This document shows, piece by piece, positions 26,991 to 37,535 of a stretch of 64,000 nucleotides of DNA (its first letter is position 1; each line of letters opens with the position of its first letter). The stretch lies in the NCBI GenBank assembly GCA_037189525.1, contig JBBCJC010000003.1:512001-576000 (forward strand), written 5' to 3'. The notes below the pieces were generated by a model. It was not told the origin of the DNA and ran no database searches. It saw nothing but the letters and a program-made list of their open reading frames with translations. Source of the stretch: Gemmatimonadales bacterium. GTDB taxonomy: Bacteria > Gemmatimonadota > Gemmatimonadetes > Gemmatimonadales > GWC2-71-9. The position numbers and the translations under genes are program-made.

Positions 26991-29377
26991 ACGTTTCCCG
27001 TCGCTGGCTCGAGGCGTTTCTGCAGCGCCCGCTCGACAGCAAGGATCTGGTTCCGCGACTGGCCATGCTTGGTCTCCCGCCGGATGCGGTCGAGTCGCTC
27101 CATGCGGAGCTGGCGCCTGTGGTGGTCGGCCAGGTGGTGGAGCTCAACCGCCATCCCAACGCCGATCGATTGCAGGTCTGCCAGGTCGATATCGGCGGTG
27201 ACCAGCGCCGCCAGGTGGTGACCGGCGCGACCAACGTGGCGCTGGGAGCTCGCTATCCCTTTGCGCCGGTCGGAACCACGCTGCCGAACGGGATCACACT
27301 CGAGAAGCGCAAGCTGCGCGGCGAGGTGTCCGAAGGGATGCTCTGTTCCGCCGACGAGTTGGGCATGGGGACCGATCACGACGGGCTCCTGACTCTCGAA
27401 GGCGATCATGCGGCGGGGACGCCCATCCTCGAGGTCTTCGATCTGGGCGACGAGCGCCTGGTGCTCGATATCTCGCCGATGCGCGGTGACCTGCTTTCGC
27501 ACAAAGGGGTGGCCCGTGAACTCGCTGCGTCGCTCAAGCTGACTTACCGGCTGCCGGCGGTGCCGGGTGTCAACCGGGCCATCGACGCCACGATCCGGCG
27601 TGCACCAGGGTCGTCGGGAACGCTGGCTGAGTGTGAGGCGTTTCCGGACGGGCTCGAGGTGGTCGTCGAAGGGGGAGCTGCGGGGAAGCGGTTCACCGCG
27701 GCCGTGATCGAGAATGTCCAGGTCGGGCCGTCGCCGGAGTGGCTGGTGCGCCGCCTGGCCGCCGTCGGGCAGCGGTCGATCAATAACATCGTCGACATCA
27801 CCAACTACGTCATGTTCGAAATCGGCCAGCCGTTGCACGCCTACGATGCGAGCCGGATCGGTGGCGGGCGGCTGGTGTCGCGTCTGGCGTGCGAGGGTGA
27901 GCGGCTCACAACGCTCGACGGGGTCGACCGGACCCTGACGGGTTCGATGACGGTCGTGGCCGACGGGAGCGTGGCTCTTGGCGTTGCGGGCGTGATGGGT
28001 GGCGGGCACAGTGAAGTCGGTTCGGAGACGACGACCGTGGTGCTGGAGGCCGCCTGGTGGGAGCCCGCGGCCACTCGGCTGACCCGTCGCGCGCTCGGCC
28101 TGGCGACCGAAGCCAGCCAGCGGTTCGAACGGGGCGCGGATCTCTTTTCGTTGCCCGAGTCGTTACGGCGGGCGATCGAGCTGGTGATCGCGGTTGCGGG
28201 CGGACGTTTGGTCGATGCCGTCGATGTCTGGCCCGAGGTGACGCATCCGCCGCGGGTCTTTCTCCGCCAGGCGCGGGTCGCGCAGGTCATCGGACTCGAC
28301 CTTCCGCTCGCGGCCATCGAGAAGACGCTGGTGGCTATTGGCGCCACGGTGCTGGCCAAACCGGATGATGCCCGTCTCGCCGTGGATGTGCCCGGCTGGC
28401 GGCGCGATCTGACCACGGAAATCGATCTGGTCGAGGAAGTGGCCCGGATTTACGGCTATGACCAGTTGCCCGACGGTCTCCGGCCTTTCCGGGCAGGCGC
28501 TCAGGTCGATGCGCCCAGTGAGCTGGTGTCGCAGACGATTCGGCGGGGACTCACGGCGGAAGGCCTCTTCGAAGCGGTCCTGCTGCCGATTGGTCCTGCG
28601 ACAGGTGCGGATGCCGTCCCGGTCCTGAACCCGCTGTCGGCCGATCACGGGTTTCTGCGGGAGCGGCTCCTGCCCGGGCTGATTCGGGAGGTGGAGACGA
28701 ATTGGTCCGCGCAGGTGCGCGATGTCCGTCTGTTCGAGATCGGGACCGGTTTCGCCAGGCCCGCCCAGGGTCGTCGTCCGGTCGAAACGCTCCGGGTTGC
28801 GGGCGTCGTGACCGGGGGGCGTCTGGCCGGACACTGGACCGATTCCGGGAAGACACCCGACCTCGACTGGTGGGATCTCCGCGGCCTGTTCGAACGTGCG
28901 GTCTCCCTGGCGAATCCCGGGGCGACGGTGCAAGTTGCGGGAGATCGCTTGGTGGCCATGATCGGCGATCGGCAGGTCGGTCAGGCCGGCCTCGAACAGG
29001 GCGATGCCCCCGTCTGGGCAGCTCCCCTCTTCGGGTTTGAAGTCGAGATCGATCCGAGCGCGCGGCAGGTGCCGCCGTTCGTGCCGCCGCCGGCGTTCCC
29101 AGCCGCCAACCGCGATGTGGCGCTGGTGGTTCCGTGGACCGTCTCCGCGGCAGCGGTCATCGCCGAGGCGCGGCGGGTTGGTGGCGCCACCCTGGAGGCA
29201 ATCGAGGTGGTCGACGAGTACCGGGGAGCAGGCGTCCCCGAATCGGCCCGCAGCGTGGCATTCCGGTTCCGATTCCGAAGTCGGGATCGGACCCTCAAGG
29301 ACGTGGAAGTCGATCAGGCGGTGCATCGGATTCGCGCTGCCGTGGAGAAGCATCTTGGCGCAAGCCTCCGGAGCTGA
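26987..29377 (+). CDS. pheT: Phenylalanine--tRNA ligase beta subunit
   Basis: HPNADRL, SEGMLCS..ELG, NNIVDITNYV, RFERG, DLVEEVARIYGY, FDX-ACB C-terminus. Confidence 0.98.
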   Translation: MNVSRRWLEAFLQRPLDSKDLVPRLAMLGLPPDAVESLHAELAPVVVGQVVELNRHPNADRLQVCQVDIGGDQRRQVVTGATNVALGARYPFAPVGTTLPNGITLEKRKLRGEVSEGMLCSADELGMGTDHDGLLTLEGDHAAGTPILEVFDLGDERLVLDISPMRGDLLSHKGVARELAASLKLTYRLPAVPGVNRAIDATIRRAPGSSGTLAECEAFPDGLEVVVEGGAAGKRFTAAVIENVQVGPSPEWLVRRLAAVGQRSINNIVDITNYVMFEIGQPLHAYDASRIGGGRLVSRLACEGERLTTLDGVDRTLTGSMTVVADGSVALGVAGVMGGGHSEVGSETTTVVLEAAWWEPAATRLTRRALGLATEASQRFERGADLFSLPESLRRAIELVIAVAGGRLVDAVDVWPEVTHPPRVFLRQARVAQVIGLDLPLAAIEKTLVAIGATVLAKPDDARLAVDVPGWRRDLTTEIDLVEEVARIYGYDQLPDGLRPFRAGAQVDAPSELVSQTIRRGLTAEGLFEAVLLPIGPATGADAVPVLNPLSADHGFLRERLLPGLIREVETNWSAQVRDVRLFEIGTGFARPAQGRRPVETLRVAGVVTGGRLAGHWTDSGKTPDLDWWDLRGLFERAVSLANPGATVQVAGDRLVAMIGDRQVGQAGLEQGDAPVWAAPLFGFEVEIDPSARQVPPFVPPPAFPAANRDVALVVPWTVSAAAVIAEARRVGGATLEAIEVVDEYRGAGVPESARSVAFRFRFRSRDRTLKDVEVDQAVHRIRAAVEKHLGASLRS

Positions 29378-29660
29378 TGACGCACTGACGGCGCTCGAGC
29401 GGGCGGCTCAGGTCCTCGAGGCCGAGCTGGTCCGCTCACGCGAGCGCGCGGCCGCGGCGGAGACCGAACTCGAGGCCGTCCGCAATCAGGTGCCGGCGTT
29501 TTCGAACGACGACATTGCGGCGCTGCGCCAGCGGATCGAGGAGGTCGAGGCCGAAAATCTGGCGCTCAGGCGCCGGATCGAGGGCGCGCGTGAACAGCTG
29601 GAGCAGTTGCGCACGCGGGTGCGGTTCATGGGCGGTCAACCCGCGGGAGAACGGCGATGA
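29355..29660 (+). CDS. Short coiled-coil protein (ZapB-like)
   Basis: Heptad-rich sequence between pheT and zapA. TTG 29355 follows GGAG; start uncertain. Confidence 0.7.
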   Translation: MAQASGADDALTALERAAQVLEAELVRSRERAAAAETELEAVRNQVPAFSNDDIAALRQRIEEVEAENLALRRRIEGAREQLEQLRTRVRFMGGQPAGERR

Positions 29661-29935
29661 GTGATTCGCGTCCCGTCGAAGTGATCATCGGCGGCCACAA
29701 ACTGCTGGTGAGTTCCGACCACCCGGCGGAATACACCAAAGCGGTCGCTGACCATTTCGATCAGGCCTTTCAGCGGATCCGCGCGGCGCTGCCGACGGTC
29801 GATGCGCATCGTGCCGCCATCCTGGCCGGGCTTGCCGTAACGGACGAGCTCTTCCAGGCCCAGCAGGCCGGGAAGGGAGCAACGGCGCGAATACGGGCGG
29901 TTGCTGCGCGATTGGAACAGTTGGTCGGGTCGTAA
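29657..29935 (+). CDS. zapA: Cell division protein ZapA
   Basis: VEV.IGG, VA...D, AILAGL...DELF. Sits in the pheT-zapA-rny order. Confidence 0.88.
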   Translation: MSDSRPVEVIIGGHKLLVSSDHPAEYTKAVADHFDQAFQRIRAALPTVDAHRAAILAGLAVTDELFQAQQAGKGATARIRAVAARLEQLVGS

Positions 29936-30007
29936 CAGAAGCGTCCGGCAGTCGGACTCACACCATCAATCGCGGCGACGGCTGTCACCGCGTTCGGAGA
30001 TACAGCC

Positions 30008-31588
30008 ATGCCCCTCATGGAAATCGTCCTGGTGGGTGCCGGGGCGATTGGAGGCGTCCTCGTCGCACTGCTTGGCTACTCGGCCGTGTTGCGCTCCAAG
30101 CGGCGCGATGCGGCCGGGCTGATTGCCGCGGCGCAGGAGGAATCGGCCCGGACGGCCGCGGATGCTCGTACCGAGGCCGACAAGGTCCGGGCCGCGGCCG
30201 TCGTCGAAGGCAAGATGGAAGCGCTCAGGCTTCGTGAAGAAGCAGAGAAGGAAGCCGGCCGCCGCCGCGAGGAAATCGACCGGGTCGAGCGGCGTCTCGA
30301 CGAACGGGATCAGACCCTGGCGCGGCGGAACGAGGAGTTGGATCGCCAGGGCAAGTCGGTTGCCGGGCAGCAGAGCGCCCTGGCCCAGCGGGAAGTGCTC
30401 ATCGACGCGCGTCTCAAAGAGGTCGATGCCCTGGCGCACGAGCAGCGGCAGCGTCTCGAGCGGATTGCCGGGCTGTCGGTCGAAGAAGCGCGCAAGCAGT
30501 TCTTCCAGCGGGTCGAGGATGAGGCGCGGGCCCAGGCGTCGGCCCTGGTGCGCGAAATCAAAGATCAGGCAAAGCGGAATGCCGACCGCGAGGCCAAGCG
30601 GATCATTGCAATGTCGATCCAGCGCCTTGCCGCTGAGCATACGGCGGAGACCACCGTGTCCGCCGTGGCACTGCCGAGCGACGAGCTCAAGGGGCGGATC
30701 ATCGGCCGGGAAGGTCGGAACATCCGCGCCTTCGAAATGGCCACCGGTGTCGATCTGATCATCGACGACACGCCCGATACGGTCATCGTGTCATGCTTCG
30801 ACCCGATTCGCCGCGAAGTCGGACGGCGCGCGCTCGAAGCGCTGATTACCGACGGGCGGATTCATCCCGGACGGATCGAGGAGGTCGTCAAGAAGATCCA
30901 GAAGGAGCTGGAGGAGCAGCTGGTCGAACTGGGCGAGCAGGCGGCCTACGAGACGGGCATCCACGGGCTCCATCCTGAAATGATCAAGCTGGTGGGACGG
31001 ATGCGGTATCGGACGTCCTATGGGCAGAACATCTACGAGCACTCGAAGGAAGTCGCCTGGATTGCCGGGATGATGGCGGCGGAGCTCCACCTCGACGTCC
31101 AGCTCGCCAAGCGGGGTGGCCTGCTGCACGACGTCGGCAAAGTGCTGACCCATGACAACGAGGGCACCCACGTGCAACTCGGCGTCGAGGTCGCAACCAA
31201 GTATCGGGAAAATGCCCTCGTCATCAACTGCATTGCCGCCCACCACGACGACGTGCCGCACGAAACGGCGGAGTCGGTGCTGGTCCAGGCGGCCGATGCC
31301 ATCAGCGGCTCCAGGCCGGGCGCCCGGCGCGAGTCGTTCGAAACCTACGTCAAGCGCCTGACCAAGCTCGAGGAAATTGCGTCGAGCTTCGACGGCGTGG
31401 ACAAAGTCAATGCCATTCAGGCCGGCCGGGAGGTGCGGGTGATCGTAGTGCCCGAAAAGATCGACGATGCCCGTTCGCAGGAGCTGGCGGAAACCATCGC
31501 CAAACGGATCGAAGGCGAGCTGCAGTATCCCGGACAGATCCGGGTCACCGTGATTCGCGAGACCCGCGCCACCGGAGTGGCCAAGTGA
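30008..31588 (+). CDS. rny: Ribonuclease Y
   Basis: N-terminal TM helix, coiled coil, KH domain [15 protein letters not shown] domain [20 protein letters not shown]. Confidence 0.98.
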   Translation: MPLMEIVLVGAGAIGGVLVALLGYSAVLRSKRRDAAGLIAAAQEESARTAADARTEADKVRAAAVVEGKMEALRLREEAEKEAGRRREEIDRVERRLDERDQTLARRNEELDRQGKSVAGQQSALAQREVLIDARLKEVDALAHEQRQRLERIAGLSVEEARKQFFQRVEDEARAQASALVREIKDQAKRNADREAKRIIAMSIQRLAAEHTAETTVSAVALPSDELKGRIIGREGRNIRAFEMATGVDLIIDDTPDTVIVSCFDPIRREVGRRALEALITDGRIHPGRIEEVVKKIQKELEEQLVELGEQAAYETGIHGLHPEMIKLVGRMRYRTSYGQNIYEHSKEVAWIAGMMAAELHLDVQLAKRGGLLHDVGKVLTHDNEGTHVQLGVEVATKYRENALVINCIAAHHDDVPHETAESVLVQAADAISGSRPGARRESFETYVKRLTKLEEIASSFDGVDKVNAIQAGREVRVIVVPEKIDDARSQELAETIAKRIEGELQYPGQIRVTVIRETRATGVAK

Positions 31589-32466
31589 GCGCCAGAATTC
31601 TGGACGGGACGGCGATTGCTGCGGAGATTCGCAAGGATATCGAACGGGACGTGCGCGGACTGATCGGCCGGGGTGTCACGCCGGGGCTGGCTGTGGTGAT
31701 CGTCGGCGATGATCCGGCCAGCAAGGTCTACGTGGCAAGCAAGGGGCGCGCCTGCCTCGAGGCCGGGATGCACTCGGAAACGATCCGGTTGCCGGACACG
31801 ACTACCGAGGCGGAACTCCTGGCCGTGATCGACCGTCTCAATGCCGATCCGGCCATTCACGGCTTCCTGGTGCAGTTGCCGTTACCCAAGTCGATCGATA
31901 GCGATCGCGTCCTGCTCAGGATCGATCCGCGCAAGGATGTCGACGGCTTCCATCCGATGAACGTGGGCCGGGTGTCCATCGGCGATCCGCTGGCGTTCCG
32001 TCCGGCCACGCCATACGGTGTGCAGCAGATGCTGATTCGTTCGGGCATCGAAACCAAGGGCATGCATGCGGTCGTGGTCGGCCGCTCGAACATCGTCGGG
32101 AAGCCGATGGCCAGCCTCCTGGTGCAGGATACGCCGGGCGGCAATTGCACCGTGACGGTCTGTCATTCGCGGTCTCGCGATCTGCCTGGACTGACTCGGC
32201 AGGCGGATCTACTGGTGGTGGCCATCGGACGCCCGGACTTCGTTCGTGGTGATATGATCAAGCCGGGTGCGGTCGTGATCGACGTCGGCATCAATCGCGT
32301 CGCGGATGCGGCTGCGCCCAAGGGTTATCGGATCGTCGGTGATGTCGCGTTCGACGAAGCCATGCAGGTTGCGAGCGCGGTCACGCCGGTGCCGGGCGGG
32401 GTCGGGAAGATGACGATTGCGATGCTGCTGATGAATACGGTCCAGGCGGCGCGGCAACAGTCGTGA
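31585..32466 (+). CDS. folD: Methylenetetrahydrofolate dehydrogenase/cyclohydrolase
   Basis: [41 protein letters not shown]. Confidence 0.98.
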   Translation: MSARILDGTAIAAEIRKDIERDVRGLIGRGVTPGLAVVIVGDDPASKVYVASKGRACLEAGMHSETIRLPDTTTEAELLAVIDRLNADPAIHGFLVQLPLPKSIDSDRVLLRIDPRKDVDGFHPMNVGRVSIGDPLAFRPATPYGVQQMLIRSGIETKGMHAVVVGRSNIVGKPMASLLVQDTPGGNCTVTVCHSRSRDLPGLTRQADLLVVAIGRPDFVRGDMIKPGAVVIDVGINRVADAAAPKGYRIVGDVAFDEAMQVASAVTPVPGGVGKMTIAMLLMNTVQAARQQS

Positions 32467-33650
32467 AGCGTCGCAGGGTCGCCCCCAACGATTTGTTCGG
32501 CGAGGTACCGGCTGCGTCGTCGGGCGCCGACAGTACCCGCGCCGCCTTTTCGGTTTCGGAGCTGGCGGGAGCGCTCAAAGAGCTGGCGGAAGGTGCGCTG
32601 GGGCAGGTCTGGGTCAAAGGCGAGCTGACCGGCTTCAAAGCCTACGAAACCGGGCATTGGTACTTCACCCTGCGCGATGAAGGTGCGCAGCTCCGGTGCG
32701 TGATGTGGCGGACCTACGCTGAGCGGCTCCGGGTACCGCCGCCCGAGGGCACTGAAGTCTACTTGCTGGGCACGCCCACGGTCTGGGCGCCGCGGGGCGA
32801 GTTGCGCCTCTCCGCGGTTACCGTGCTACCGACCAGTGGGGTTGGAGTCCAGCAACTGGCGTTCGAGCGGACCCGCGAACTGCTCGAGCGCGACGGCCTT
32901 TTCGATCCGGCCCGCAAACGCGCGTTGCCCGCCTTTCCCCGAGGACTCGCCGTCGTGACCAGCAGTGACGGCGCGGTCATCCACGATATCGTGACGGTCG
33001 CGCGGCGCCGCTGGCCTGCCACCCGGGTGGTCATCGTCCCGGCGCGGGTGCAGGGCGGCGATGCCATCGAGACGCTGGTCGAAGCGCTCGAGATGGTCGA
33101 TCGCCTGACCGACATCGATCTCTGTATCGTCGCCCGCGGCGGCGGAGCCAAGGACGACCTGCTGGCCTTCAACGCCGAGGCCGTCTGCCGGGCCCTGGCG
33201 CGCGTGAGGGTGCCGACCATCTCGGCCATCGGTCACGAAACCGACGTCACCCTGGCTGATCTGATCGCGGACGTGCGGGCGCCGACGCCGTCGGCCGCTG
33301 CGGAGCTGGCGTTACCCGATCGTGCCCAGGTGGCGCGGCATGTGGCGTCGCTGGCCAACCGGCTGGCCGGCGGCCTGCGCCGGCGGATCGACTGGCAGAC
33401 GGAACGAGTCGACCGGATTGCCGATCGGGCCCGCCACGCCATGACCGGACGGCTGCAGCGTCAGTCGCACCGGTTCGAGCGGCTTGCCACCGCCCTCGAT
33501 GCGCTCAATCCGCTGGCTGTGCTGGCGCGAGGCTACAGCGTGGCGCAGACCGACGAAGGCAAAGTCGTCACCCGCCGGAGCCAGTTGCCGCCGGGAACTC
33601 CCTTTACCCTCCGCGTCGCCGATGGCGCGATCCAGGCCAGGTCGGAATGA
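32463..33650 (+). CDS. xseA: Exodeoxyribonuclease VII large subunit
   Basis: GHWYFTLRD, GLFD..RK, ARGGG, SAIGHETD, RAPTPSAAAE, VLARGYS. Confidence 0.96.
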   Translation: MKRRRVAPNDLFGEVPAASSGADSTRAAFSVSELAGALKELAEGALGQVWVKGELTGFKAYETGHWYFTLRDEGAQLRCVMWRTYAERLRVPPPEGTEVYLLGTPTVWAPRGELRLSAVTVLPTSGVGVQQLAFERTRELLERDGLFDPARKRALPAFPRGLAVVTSSDGAVIHDIVTVARRRWPATRVVIVPARVQGGDAIETLVEALEMVDRLTDIDLCIVARGGGAKDDLLAFNAEAVCRALARVRVPTISAIGHETDVTLADLIADVRAPTPSAAAELALPDRAQVARHVASLANRLAGGLRRRIDWQTERVDRIADRARHAMTGRLQRQSHRFERLATALDALNPLAVLARGYSVAQTDEGKVVTRRSQLPPGTPFTLRVADGAIQARSE

Positions 33651-33865
33651 CTGATCCTTTGAGTGCCGATCTCGACCGGCTTGAACAGATCGTCCATGCC
33701 CTCGAACGCGACGACCTCGATCTCGATGGCGCGCTCGCGCTGTTCGAGGAAGGGATCGGGCGGTTGCGAGCCGCCAAGGAACGACTTGCGGAAGCCGAGG
33801 CCAAGGTCGAACGGGTCCTGACCGACGCCGCCGGCGTGCTCAAGCTCACCCGGTTCGATGCCTGA
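33647..33865 (+). CDS. xseB: Exodeoxyribonuclease VII small subunit
   Basis: LEQIV..LE...L.L..AL.LFEEG...L..AE. Confidence 0.94.
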   Translation: MTDPLSADLDRLEQIVHALERDDLDLDGALALFEEGIGRLRAAKERLAEAEAKVERVLTDAAGVLKLTRFDA

Positions 33866-34760
33866 GGCCGCGGCCGAAGCGCTGCTCGCCGAAGCCCAGT
33901 CGATCGCCGAGCACCACCTTCTCGACCTTGCCGAGCGGTTACGGCGCGAGGTGCCGGGCTCGCTGGGCCAGGCGCTGCAGTACGCGCTGGGAACCTCGGG
34001 CAAGCGGATCAGGCCGGCGCTGGTGCTGGCCTGTTACCGTGCGGCGGGAGGCCGGGAGCCCGCGGTTGCGCGGCTTGCGGTTGCGGTCGAGGTGATTCAC
34101 ACCTATTCGCTGGTCCATGACGATCTGCCGTGCATGGACGACGATGCGCGGCGCCGGGGCCGGCCGACCACGCACGTCATGTTCGATGTCACGACGGCCA
34201 CTCGGGTCGGGTACCTCCTGGTTCCCGTGGCCGTCGAGGTGCTCTGCGAAGCTGCCGATGAGCTGCGCCTGTCTGCGGCGACCCGTCAGGCCATTGCCGG
34301 GACCTTGCTGGCGGCGAGCGGGATTCGCGGTATGGTCGGAGGGCAGTGGCTCGACCTCGATGCGGAAGGCCGCTCGCTCGAGGCCGCGGAGCTCACCGCC
34401 ATCCATGCGCGGAAGACTGGCGCCTTGATCGAAGCGGCCTGCGTGGTGGGAGGGCTCGCGGCGGGAGCAAACCCCGCGATGCTGGCCGGCCTGGCCGGGT
34501 TCGGGCGGGAAATCGGGCTGGCCTTCCAGGTCGCCGACGACGTCCTCGATGCGACCGCCACGACGGCGCAGCTCGGGAAGACGGCCGGACGGGACGCCTC
34601 TCTCGGCAAATCCACCTATGTCCGCTTTCTCGGTGTCGACGGGGCGCGGACCGAGGCGATCCGGCTGGCTGATGCGGCGGTTCGGTCGCTCGACCAGGCG
34701 GGGATCGTCGAACCATCCCTGCCCAGTCTGGCCCGTTATATTGTGAATCGACAGTCTTGA
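33858..34760 (+). CDS. ispA: Farnesyl/geranylgeranyl diphosphate synthase
   Basis: GKRIRP, FARM SLVHDDLPCMDDD..RRG, GQWLD, KTG, SARM FQVADDVLD. Confidence 0.94.
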   Translation: MPEAAAEALLAEAQSIAEHHLLDLAERLRREVPGSLGQALQYALGTSGKRIRPALVLACYRAAGGREPAVARLAVAVEVIHTYSLVHDDLPCMDDDARRRGRPTTHVMFDVTTATRVGYLLVPVAVEVLCEAADELRLSAATRQAIAGTLLAASGIRGMVGGQWLDLDAEGRSLEAAELTAIHARKTGALIEAACVVGGLAAGANPAMLAGLAGFGREIGLAFQVADDVLDATATTAQLGKTAGRDASLGKSTYVRFLGVDGARTEAIRLADAAVRSLDQAGIVEPSLPSLARYIVNRQS

Positions 34761-34770
34761 AGGATTCTGC

Positions 34771-36669
34771 ATGTCGCTTTTATCGACTCTTCGGGGTCCG
34801 GCCGACCTGAAACAGCTCTCGCGCGAGCAGTTACCCGAGCTCGCCGAGGATATCCGCCAGCGTTTGATTCAGGCGTGTTCGGTCACCGGCGGTCACATCG
34901 GCGCCAGCCTGGGGTGCGTCGAGCTGGCCATCGCGCTGCTCTACGAGTTCGACTCGCCCTCCGACAAGGTCGTCTGGGACGTCGGGCATCAGGCGTATGC
35001 CTGGAAGTTGCTCACCGGGCGGGATGCCGGTTTCGAAACGTTGCGCCAGCGCGATGGGATCTCGGGTTTCCTCAAGCGGAATGAAAGCGAGCACGATCAG
35101 TTCGGGGCGGGGCATGCCGGTACCGCGATGTCCGCAGCTTTCGGGATGGCGACGGCGCGGGATCTCCTGGGGCTCGATTACAAGGTCGTCGCCGTCGTTG
35201 GTGATGGCGCCCTGACGTGTGGCCTCTCGTACGAGGGGATGAACAACGCCGGACACTCCGACCGCGACGTCATCCTGATCGTCAACGACAATGGGATGTC
35301 GATTTCTCCCAACGTCGGCGCCATCAGCAAAACACTCGGCCGCATCGTCGCGAGTCCGTTCACAAATCGCCTGCGCGACGTGGTGAAGCACTGGACCTTC
35401 AAGGCCGGGAAGGTCTTCGGCGACGAAGTGGTGGAGTTTGCCAAAAATGTCGAAGAGAGCGCGAAGAATCTCTTCTCCGAAGGGATGTTCTTCGAGGAGT
35501 TGGGCTTCCGCTACTTCGGCCCGATCGACGGCCATGATGTCGGCAAGCTGTGCGACACCTTCCGGTTCGTTCGTTCGCTCTCCGGTCCGCGGGTCATCCA
35601 CGTCCTGACGGAAAAGGGGAAGGGCTTTGTTTATGCCGAGGCCAACAAGGAAAAGTGGCACGGCCTGGCAGCCTACGATCCCGAAACGGGCGATCTCCGC
35701 AAAGCGGCCAGCGGGCCGCCCACCTGGACCCAGGTATTCGGTGAAGCGCTGACGGCGCTGGCCGACGACCATCGCGATTTCGTGGTGATCACCGCGGCAA
35801 TGCCGTCGGGAACGGGCACCGGCATCTTTCAGCGGAAATGGCCGGAGCGGTTCTTCGATACCGGCATTGCCGAAGGACACGCCGTCACGTTCGCGGCCGG
35901 CATGGCCACCCAGGGCGTCCGCCCCGTCTGCGCGATCTACTCGACGTTCCTGCAGCGCGCGTACGACAACATCATTCATGATGTGGCCATCCAGCACCTG
36001 CCCGTGATGTTCTGCATGGATCGCGCGGGACTGGTCGGCGAAGATGGCCATACGCACATGGGCCTCTATGACATCCCGTACATGCTGGCCGTGCCCGGGA
36101 TGGTCGTGACCGCGCCCAAAGATGCCAATGAACTGATCGGCTTGATCAAGACCGGGCTCCGCTACAACGACGGCCCGTTCTGCACTCGGTATCCGCGGGA
36201 CAAGGCTCCCGCCGAGCCGTCGCCGATCGATACCATTCCGGCGGTACCGCTCGGCAGCTGGGAAATGCTGCGCAGCGGGTCCGATGCCGCCATTCTCGCG
36301 GTCGGGACCATGGTGGCGCCGGCGCTGGATGCCGCCGCTCGCCTCGAAGCCGAGGGGGTCGATGCCGCGGTGGTCAACTGCCGCTTCCTCAAGCCGTACG
36401 ACCGTGCCATGCTCGAGACGATCGTGGCGGGGACCAAGCGGATCATCACGGTGGAAGAGGGCTGCGTCGTCAACGGCTTCGGTGCGTACCTGGCGCGTGA
36501 ACTGAGTGAAACCCATCCCGAGGTCCAGGTCATCACGCTCGGCGTGCCCGATCAGCTGATCGATCAGGCGCCGCGGGCCGATCAGTTGGCCTGGTTCGGG
36601 CTGACCGGGCCGCAGATTGCCGAGCGCGTCCTGGCGCTCAAGCACGAGTCCAGCTTCGAGGCTCGATGA
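34771..36669 (+). CDS. dxs: 1-deoxy-D-xylulose-5-phosphate synthase
   Basis: GGHIG, WDVGHQAY, ThDP motif GDGA...N, GIAEGHAV, YSTFLQRAYD, DRAG. Confidence 0.98.
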   Translation: MSLLSTLRGPADLKQLSREQLPELAEDIRQRLIQACSVTGGHIGASLGCVELAIALLYEFDSPSDKVVWDVGHQAYAWKLLTGRDAGFETLRQRDGISGFLKRNESEHDQFGAGHAGTAMSAAFGMATARDLLGLDYKVVAVVGDGALTCGLSYEGMNNAGHSDRDVILIVNDNGMSISPNVGAISKTLGRIVASPFTNRLRDVVKHWTFKAGKVFGDEVVEFAKNVEESAKNLFSEGMFFEELGFRYFGPIDGHDVGKLCDTFRFVRSLSGPRVIHVLTEKGKGFVYAEANKEKWHGLAAYDPETGDLRKAASGPPTWTQVFGEALTALADDHRDFVVITAAMPSGTGTGIFQRKWPERFFDTGIAEGHAVTFAAGMATQGVRPVCAIYSTFLQRAYDNIIHDVAIQHLPVMFCMDRAGLVGEDGHTHMGLYDIPYMLAVPGMVVTAPKDANELIGLIKTGLRYNDGPFCTRYPRDKAPAEPSPIDTIPAVPLGSWEMLRSGSDAAILAVGTMVAPALDAAARLEAEGVDAAVVNCRFLKPYDRAMLETIVAGTKRIITVEEGCVVNGFGAYLARELSETHPEVQVITLGVPDQLIDQAPRADQLAWFGLTGPQIAERVLALKHESSFEAR

Positions 36670-37535
36670 ACGTCGGCGTCATCGGCAATCCTCGTTATCG
36701 TGGCCTCTCCGCCATCCTTGCGGGGCTTGCCGATCGCGCCGAGTCGCTCGGCATCGCCTTCCAGACGGAGCCGGAACTGGCCTCGCTGTGGGGGCGGCCG
36801 ATCCCGCTGATCGATACCAGCACCCTCGACGCAATGCTGACTCTGGGCGGCGACGGCACCCTGTTGCGGGGCGCCCGCTCGCTGGCCGGCCGGCCGGTCC
36901 CGCTCCTGGGTGTCAACCTGGGGCGAGTCGGGTTTCTGACTGCCTGCACCCGGAGTGATCTCGATCAGGCCGTGACCCAACTGGCCTCGGGTGAGTACGA
37001 GGTCGAACATCGCCTGGCGCTCAATACCGAGATCGTCGGCAAGGGCGGTTCGCGCTTCACGCTGCCTCAGGCGCTCAACGATGTCTGCGTCCACAAGGCC
37101 GGTGTGGCGCGGATGATCCAGCTCGCGGTCACCGTCGACGATCAGGAAGTCGGACCGTACAGCGCCGACGGCCTCATCATCGCCACGCCGACCGGGTCGA
37201 CCGCCTATTCGCTGTCGGCCGGGGGGCCGATCATCGCGCCCAGTGTTCGGGCTGTGGTCATCACACCCATCTGCGCCCATACGCTCGCCGTGCGCCCGCT
37301 CGTAATCCATGCCAGTTCCCGGATCGGTATCGTCCCGTTCCAGGGCTCTGCCGGCGACCTGTTGATTTCGATCGACGGGCAGCAGGCCATGTCACTCGGT
37401 CCCGACGATGTGGTCGAGATCGTCCGGAGCCCCGAGTTCGTACACTTGGTGCGCTTGGGCCCCCGCGCCTACTTCAGCCGACTGAGAGAGAGCCTCCGCT
37501 GGGGCGATCTCGCGGAGCGCGACGGACGGCAATGA
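36666..37535 (+). CDS. nadK: NAD kinase
   Basis: GGDGTLL, ALND, DGLIIATPTGSTAYSLSAGGP. Confidence 0.96.
   Translation: MNVGVIGNPRYRGLSAILAGLADRAESLGIAFQTEPELASLWGRPIPLIDTSTLDAMLTLGGDGTLLRGARSLAGRPVPLLGVNLGRVGFLTACTRSDLDQAVTQLASGEYEVEHRLALNTEIVGKGGSRFTLPQALNDVCVHKAGVARMIQLAVTVDDQEVGPYSADGLIIATPTGSTAYSLSAGGPIIAPSVRAVVITPICAHTLAVRPLVIHASSRIGIVPFQGSAGDLLISIDGQQAMSLGPDDVVEIVRSPEFVHLVRLGPRAYFSRLRESLRWGDLAERDGRQ

Noticed and set aside
29936..30007. 6S RNA at its common position after zapA
   Set aside because: The gap is only 72 bp, too short.
34741..34758. Second Rex box (TTGTGAATCG...) before dxs
   Set aside because: Half-site only, lacks TTCACAA, and lies inside ispA.
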